From Octopus bimaculoides (taxonomy: Eukaryota): 43,750 nt of DNA. How positions within the stretch are numbered: the stretch's first letter is position 1; every line of letters begins with the position of its first letter. The translations under genes were made by a program, and so were the position numbers. Under the pieces are notes generated by a model. It was not told the DNA's origin. It ran no database searches and saw nothing but the letters and a program-made list of their open reading frames with translations. The DNA lies in the NCBI RefSeq assembly GCF_001194135.2, contig NC_068996.1, forward strand, positions 11,797,576 to 11,841,325. Reading direction: 5' to 3'. Below, piece after piece: positions 35,726 to 43,750 of the stretch.

Positions 35726-36253
35726 GTGTGAGCGGCCTAATCTGGCCAGTTTAAATGCTATAAGGTTAAATTACATTCAGAATATGGTTTCAGGTGGAAA
35801 ACGCTGTTCTGTAGGGACGGCTAGTGAATGGTATTAAACCTCTGAAGCGATTAAAAAGAAATTACGTTTAGTGGCCTACTAATATGTAATTTTATACAAT
35901 AATTACTATGACTTATACTATATTAAATCATTTTTTTCTTCTTCCTGCCCGCTCGATTTGGAATATTACACGTAAACACATCAAGACAAAATAACGACCA
36001 AATATCTTAGTTTAATGTTTCAAATCTAATATATATCTCCCTCTCCAATTCACAATACGGATTTACAACTCTATATTTAACCAGGATATTGGTTTACAAA
36101 TATAACAGAAAATACGTGATCGATTCAGCAACAAAACATCTCCAACATGTACCGTCCCGATCATTATTGACATCAGCAAACCTTTCGACAGACTGCATTC
36201 CTGACTAGCTACAATTTTGTGCCAAAATTTGAAATCAATATTTAAATATATTA

Positions 36254-36455
36254 GGCGGCGAGTTAGTAGAGTTTTTAGCACGCTCGGAAAAAATGTTTAG
36301 CGGCATTTCGTCCGACTTTACGTTCTGAGTTCATATTTCGCCGAGGTCGATTTTGCCTCTCATCCTCTCGGTATCGATAAAATAAGTACCAGTTGAACTC
36401 TGGGGTCGATGTACCCCCTTCCTGAAATTTCTGACCTTGTACCAAAATTTGAAAC
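36254..36455 (+). mobile_element. SINE family B
   Basis: ggcggcgag...tacgttctgagttca...ataagtaccagttg...ccaaaatttgaaac. Confidence 0.85.
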
Positions 36456-36468
36456 TAATAGTTAAATA

Positions 36469-36938
36469 CAGTATTGCCTCGATATAAGAATTAATTTGTG
36501 CCTGGAGACCGCTCTTAAAGCGAAAACTCGTAAAGCAGAGCAATAATGACCCATAACAATGTTATAAATCGTAATTCGTTCCCAGAAAAACATATTTTAG
36601 CTATAAAATTTATAATTTCATTCGCACTAGACTCGCGCACACCACCACTTGTAGACGTGATTGACGATTCACAAGTACTCGTAGACGGACTTGTAGATCT
36701 CTTTTTTAGAAAACAAGTCGAGAGTTGTTTGCTTGGAAGAAGCTTTTTTTTGCTCTCTATAAATTTTTGTGTAACACATAGAAGCATTTGTTATGGTAGT
36801 AGAAACTTTTGCACTTCGTTCAAAATTTGGATCTTGTGCTTGAAAAATTTCAGCGCACCATACAAAAGTGAGCTAAAAAATAAAACTCATAAACCCAGAG
36901 TCTCGTAAAGCGGGACCCCGTAAAAAGAGGTATTACTG
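36469..36938 (-). mobile_element. Internally deleted Tigger/pogo-like DNA transposon with TA TSD
   Basis: TA at 36467-36468 and 36939-36940. TIRs cagtattgcctc / gaggtattactg. The minus strand retains QDPNFERSAKV and, after a frameshift, KKASSKQTTLDLF, typical of pogo/Tigger C-termini. Confidence 0.8.
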
Positions 36939-38087
36939 TATTTTATCAGTTGTATGGTAATTTATATACGCATAAATTATATAAGTAAACAAAAAGGAAA
37001 TGTATTTCCCTTTACATAATTTTTTTCTGAACAACTAATTTATTTGTTACATAAAACCTAGTACAATAACACATGGCTTATTCCTACTCAGGTTTTTGAA
37101 TTCGATTTGATAATATTCATTTACTTAAGCTTAACATATTTATTATGTATTAATTAGATGGAATTGTGAAATATTCACGGAAAATATAAAAAATGTAAGC
37201 ATCTGTAAATTGTGGGCTGGTGCCATGAGAAAATATTTCTGAAATATTCACCTAATATGCAAGGACACAGTATATAGGATGCGGCAATTAATTATATCGT
37301 AGGAAAGTAAAAAGTTAAGGGAAAAAATAGAATCAATATTTTTGATTTTGTTCGGCTGTATGAATTTAATATTTTAAAATGCTTTCGTTAATTGCTTGAT
37401 ACAAGAAAAAAGAAATTGGAAAAAACAGAGAAATTCTAACTTAACAAAAAATACAGAAAGAGAAAATTGCGTTTATTTCCACCATGCGACACTTATTATT
37501 GCACACATACACGCATATGTATTGCACACATACATACACATACATTCATATGTGTGTGTGTTTTTTAGTTTTTGTTTGCTCATACACATCAACAGCTCTA
37601 AATCCAGCTAAGCATTTTGCCAGCTCGCAGCCTTAATTCATTGAAATTATTAAAGATTATTTCGAAAACACTGAATCTTTTGACAGAATATGTTGGCAAC
37701 CAAGAAATGCTGATTCATCAAATGAAATAACTGTTCAAATTAATGCTATATTTACATGATTTTAAGACGAAATTCATAAAAATATGCACTAGACTTAACA
37801 AAATTCAACGATTTGTGTACCCAATTAACCAATCGACTTGATAGAGAATGGGTTCTAAACGATCCGCTAATTTGAAAAGTTAGTCACTTTGCCGAATTAT
37901 GCATTTTATTTTAAACGCAATTTAGCCTGAATTTACTATATAAATATTTTTGCTATTGATTTTATATATACACATATATATATATAGTATATATATGTTT
38001 CTTTGCAACACATTGTTGACGCTTATTTCTGTCTTTATGCAGGCCATATTTTCTTTGATAAACCAATTGAAGTTAAAATAGCTTAAG

Positions 38088-38293
38088 ACGGCGAGCTGGC
38101 AGAATCGTTATACACGCCGGACGAATTGCCAAGCGGCATTTCGTCTGTCTTTACGTTCTGAGTTCAAATTCTACCGAAGTCGACTTATCCTTTCGAGATC
38201 GATAAATTAAGTACCAGTTGCATACCAGGGTCGATCTAATCAACTGGCCCTTCTCCCCCAAAATTCCGGCCTTGTGCCTAGAGTAGAAAAGGA
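38088..38293 (+). mobile_element. SINE family B
   Basis: cggcgagctggcagaatcgtta...ctgagttcaaattc...ggccttgtgcctagagtagaaaagg. Confidence 0.85.
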
Positions 38294-38414
38294 TGTTAGA
38301 AATATACTTTCAAGTGCTATATGATTTTACAATCCACATTCAAAACCAATTAAGTCTCTTAGTTTTTAAATACTGTAATTTCATTACTACTTAAAATTCT
38401 CTTAGTTTATATAT

Positions 38415-38495
38415 AAGTACGTACCATGCAGTAGGACTGAACCCAGGACCATGTATTTGGGAAACAAACTTCTTACTACACAACTACGCCAGCGC
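38415..38495 (-). mobile_element. SINE family C head fragment
   Basis: ccatgcagtaggactgaacccaggaccatgt...cttcttactacacaactac matches the family C head. Confidence 0.6.
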
Positions 38496-38914
38496 CTGTA
38501 TAAATGTACACAGTATTTGCCACTTTTCGTTGGTAGTAAGTGACATAGAAACATTGACATAAATTTAGGAACATTTATAAATATAAAACATGTTGCAAGT
38601 AAATTATTTCTGTTGTCATTATTGTTGTTGTTGTTGTTGTTGTTGTTGCTACTACTCTGGTGGTGGTGGTGGTGGTGGTGGCGTTTCCAGCTTTTATAAT
38701 TCATACACTTCTATATGACTACTTCGTGGAAAGACATGATAGTTAAAGAAACGTATTTAAGAGAATGAAAGATTTATAGTTTAAGAAGAAGCTGCTGAAT
38801 ATATAGTCGTATATGTGCTGTACGCGTGAGTTTCTGTTTGTGTGTACATGTGTGTGTGTGTGTGTGTGTGTCTGTCTGCCTGTGTGCGTATGTGTGCCTG
38901 CATATATATACACA

Positions 38915-38974
<60 letters not shown>

Positions 38975-39002
38975 TATGTATATGTATATATATATATGTG
39001 TG

Positions 39003-39041
<39 letters not shown>

Positions 39042-39268
39042 ATATATATATATATATATACTTATATACAAGCGCACATGTGTGAGTATATATACAGATA
39101 TACATTAATAATTACATACCTAAATTAAAGTGTATGAGAGGTATGTAAATGTACATATATATATCTATGTGTGTGTGCCTGTGCGTAAGAGTGTGTGTAT
39201 GTAGATACTTGTGTATGTGTATATATATCAATAGATATATGTGTATGCATGTATACACACACAAACAT

Positions 39269-39306
<38 letters not shown>

Positions 39307-39351
39307 CTAGACCGAAAAATATAACGTATATCTTTAACTGTGTACATATAA

Positions 39352-39399
<48 letters not shown>

Positions 39400-39722
39400 T
39401 TGTGCGTGTATACCAGTGCATAAGTTTTATGCGTATATATTCTCTCATGCAGAAAGAATGACGAATGGTGACACATGGTCCAAGGCACCATTTGACGTCT
39501 CCTTCCCCAAATCTGAATTAGAAAACGTAGAGATGTAGGTGACAATTCTGCTTTGAAGACGCGATGGAGCGGCAGATAAATCTGAAAAGAACATTGTCGA
39601 AATAGGTAGAGACATCTGTCTATTAACAAGACCTCCTGGAGGAGACGCTGCGCTAGAGACAACTGGTTCAGAGTAAAGAGTCGTATTTGCCATCTAACTG
39701 CCAGTCTTCTCTCATATGTACA

Positions 39723-39780
<58 letters not shown>

Positions 39781-40353
39781 NNNNNNNNNNNNNNNNNNNN
39801 NNNNNNNNNNNNNNNNNNNNNNNNNNNNNNNNNNNNNNNNNNNNNNNNNNNNNNNNNNNNNNNNNNNNNNNNNNNNNNNNNNNNNNNNNNNNNNNNNNNN
39901 NNNNNNNNNNNNNNNNNNNNNNNNNNNNNNNNNNNNNNNNNNNNNNNNNNNNNNNNNNNNNNNNNNNNNNNNNNNNNNNNNNNNNNNNNNNNNNNNNNNN
40001 NNNNNNNNNNNNNNNNNNNNNNNNNNNNNNNNNNNNNNNNNNNNNNNNNNNNNNNNNNNNNNNNNNNNNNNNNNNNNNNNNNNNNNNNNNNNNNNNNNNN
40101 NNNNNNNNNNNNNNNNNNNNNNNNNNNNNNNNNNNNNNNNNNNNNNNNNNNNNNNNNNNNNNNNNNNNNNNNNNNNNNNNNNNNNNNNNNNNNNNNNNNN
40201 NNNNNNNNNNNNNNNNNNNNNNNNNNNNNNNNNNNNNNNNNNNNNNNNNNNNTGTGTGTGTGTGTGTGAAAGGTATTGTGTTAATTGATGGTCGATATAC
40301 GTAGAAACCTGGATCCTATTAGCACATATAAACATAAATATGCTTCTGCAAGT

Positions 40354-40400
<47 letters not shown>

Positions 40401-43400
40401 GTGTGTATGCGTGTGTATGTATACATATGCATATACACACATAAACATAAGTGTTTTATATAGAATTGTGTTGTGGCTATTTTAAACTCGAAAATGCTTT
40501 GTATTGGGATCGAATTTTGGGTTTATGTTTACAAACATTGAAGTACGATACATAAACATAAACTTTAAGATACAATTTTGTTATTACAGATTTACCGTTG
40601 ACATAGAATACATGAATGCTTAATTCTAGTAACGCTAGTTTCAAACGCATGATATCATTTTCGGCACATTAATTCGATAATGTTGACACATTATCTAGAG
40701 AATTGCACACGGAAAATATATTTCTCTAATTTATCTAAATGACCAACTTGAACACCAGATTCATTACTAAGTCTAGTTGTTTTACCGAAAAAAAGACATA
40801 GTCCAAATTTGGGGAAAGATTTTGTTTATAATGTGTTTCTTCAGCAATCGAAAGTACTGAATTAATTTTAGAGCTAATTTTTCTTATTCTTTTTTTTTAT
40901 ATATATATAGACGATAGCTTAATGGGTTCAGGCGAAAATGTTATATTTTGTTTACAATTAAATTCATTTTAGTCGTCTTCTGTGAATCTTTAAGCTACGT
41001 CAGGATCGGACACCACAGAAAGCGTTTTGACATAAATTTACCAAAAATCACAATAAAATTCCATATCTATGAGGAAATGGAAAATCAAGTGCATATGGTA
41101 ACTCAGATGTATAGCAACCTAGGTTACCCCGCCCCTTGTAATGTGAAGAATAAATTTGCGTTGGTGTTGGCCATTAGATTCTTTCCTTAGGGGTATCTAA
41201 AACATTTCAATGTATTTTTTGTGTACAGCTCAATGGAATGTCAATAATTGGTTATCTTAGAGGCGTGTCTGTAAGTGGGCACAGATGCATGTATTTGAGA
41301 GAAGTATGTTAGGAATGGCCGAGGAAGAAGGTTGAAGTAAGAAGAATGTTAAATTTCATTTTATTGGGAATTACGATGATAGCATGAATATACAGGAATG
41401 TTGAAGCCCTTTTGATTTCCGTACAATGATTCTGTTGTTTGTGATGGTGCGTAAAACGTGTGTATGTGAGGAAATGGAAAGCAGAAAATGGAGAATTTCT
41501 GCAAGTCCATTTTGTCTTATGCAGTGAAGCTAATCTGGCGTTAGTAGGATTTCACAATTGGGCTGGAGTTCACTCTGGTTTGGATTAACTAATGTGACTT
41601 CAGTTTCGTACATCAGACTTGTTAAACGGCTCTACCGGTATGGACCATATTGCTCACATTCATGTTGCAATGGGCCGCATATATATAAACATACATTTCA
41701 ATAAAGATTTCCATCATACTAATTCTTTATTATTAAGTAAAAATCTTTTAAATTTTTTCATTTGCCCATCAATAATCCTATTTTTATTGATAAATTATTT
41801 TTATTGTTAAAATGTTTTAGGGGTCCCTCATTTTTAATCTTCCATATAGGCCAATCGCAAGCCACGCGAATTTTTGAAAAGAGAGCGCTGTGTACGACAT
41901 GCCTATCGTACACCATCGGAAGCTAATGACTATGTTTCATGCATAATCTGAAGGCCAAGATGCTGCCTTTTTTATACATATGTACAGCCAAAAAGGGCAT
42001 GCTTGGTGGATTCATTTGAGATAATCGATTTCATATTAGGACAACAAATATAGTTTATCTTCACCCAATACCAATAGAAAATTTTCTTGAACTAAGGAAT
42101 ATAAGAAAAATATTCATTAAGAGGAATCAAGCATTTTTGTCCTATCTTCATTCTAACATTCAGAGAAGAAGAAAAAAAACATATAGATAAATAATAGTTT
42201 CTTCACTGAATGTAATTGGATGATACTTACAATATACGAGACTTTTTCTTAAGGCCGTTATCTACGCAGAAACCATTTAAAACCTTGTTTGAAGAAGATA
42301 GGTTAGAGATTCTGATGGAAATATTGGATATGAGGATTGTAGATGTAATAGATGGTGGGCGGAACCAAGGCCAATTATAAGATTGCCTATGAAGAAGCAT
42401 GTATACATTCATCTGCATATATNNNNNNNNNNNNNNNNNNNNNNNNNNNNNNNNNNNNNNNNNNNNNNNNNNNNNNNNNNNNNNNNNNNNNNNNNNNNNN
42501 NNNNNNNNNNNNNNNNNNNNNNNNNNNNNNNNNNNNNNNNNNNNNNNNNNNNNNNNNNNNNNNNNNNNNNNNNNNNNNNNNNNNNNNNNNNNNNNNNNNN
42601 NNNNNNNNNNNNNNNNNNNNNNNNNNNNNNNNNNNNNNNNNNNNNNNNNNNNNNNNNNNNNNNNNNNNNNNNNNNNNNNNNNNNNNNNNNNNNNNNNNNN
42701 NNNNNNNNNNNNNNNNNNNNNNNNNNNNNNNNNNNNNNNNNNNNNNNNNNNNNNNNNNNNNNNNNNNNNNNNNNNNNNNNNNNNNNNNNNNNNNNNNNNN
42801 NNNNNNNNNNNNNNNNNNNNNNNNNNNNNNNNNNNNNNNNNNNNNNNNNNNNNNNNNNNNNNNNNNNNNNNNNNNNNNNNNNNNNNNNNNNNNNNNNNNN
42901 NNNNNNNNNNNNNNNNNNNNNNNNNNNNNNNNNNCGAGGAATTCCACTGATTTAATCCTTATCATATAATGGTAAAATCATTGGTATATGTTTAGGATTA
43001 TTGTAATTTTCAATATTGAGGGAAAACAAGAAGAAAATGAAGAATAAATGGATGTAATTATTGATTCATTTGTGTTGTAAAAAATTACGTTTATTTTGAA
43101 AAACAAAAACATTACAAATAAATAAATTGATTGGAAGTTGAAAGCTCAAAAACATTAAGAAAAAGAACCTACATATATGTTTCAGTCGTACCATCTAGTT
43201 GATGGGAATCGCCAAGCATATTCTTTAATGTCAAGGAAGTTGCCACATTCATATTATGTTATGGTAGGACTGCGTCAGGGTTCGAAAGGACCTAACGCAA
43301 CTTAGGTGATCATTTTATCTTTTGAGAGAAGTGTATAGTTTTAGATTAAAGTTAAAATCTATGCATTGAGATTTTACTTGATTGGTAGGTTTTGAATATT

Positions 43401-43419
43401 TGTGAATATACTATTCTTT

Positions 43420-43620
43420 CTTTTTATTCTTTTATTCGTTTCAATCATTTGACTACGGTTATGCTGGAGTACCGCCTTTAGTCGAACAAATCGACTCCAG
43501 GACTTATTCTTTGTAAACCTAGTACTTGCTCTATCGGTTTCTTTTGCCGAACCGCTAAGTTATGGGGACATAAACACACCGGCATTAGTTGTCAAGTGAT
43601 GTTCGGGGACAAACATATGC
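43420..43620 (-). mobile_element. SINE family C 3' half, running into (CA)n at the window end
   Basis: tcatttgact...atgctggagtaccgcctttagtcgaacaaatcgac...gccgaaccgctaagtt. Confidence 0.85.
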
Positions 43621-43676
43621 ATACATTACAAGATTGCATACATACTTATATGTATATATATATGCACACACACACA

Positions 43677-43718
<42 letters not shown>

Positions 43719-43750
43719 CACATACACACACACACACACATATATATATA

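Noticed and set aside
36546-36908. 120-aa plus-strand ORF
   Set aside because: It lies within the Tigger-like element, antisense to the transposase remnant.

Overview
Repeat-saturated, AT-rich eukaryotic DNA with 13 N-gaps, most flanked by microsatellites. The SINE families and microsatellite density suggest an octopus/cephalopod genome, which is an inference. No complete protein-coding gene can be supported, and most listed ORFs are microsatellite or gap artefacts. Recognisable content: three tRNA-derived SINE families in many copies; decayed LINEs (CR1/L2-group, RTE, RTE-X, R4/Dong-like); Penelope-like element (PLE) remnants; and DNA transposon remnants (MULE, Tigger/pogo, hAT MITE). The most notable signal is a set of minimal type I hammerhead ribozyme (HHR) motifs. 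One has an intact core inside a tRNA-headed, (AAT)n-linked SINE-like element at 8566-8813. An inverted sister copy has a C3U change and sits behind a Dong-like 3' end, and a second HHR family lies at 2267-2352. Other observations are a perfect 97-bp inverted duplication interrupting a LINE, two long foldbacks, a hierarchical 16/32/64-bp array and several candidate small exons.
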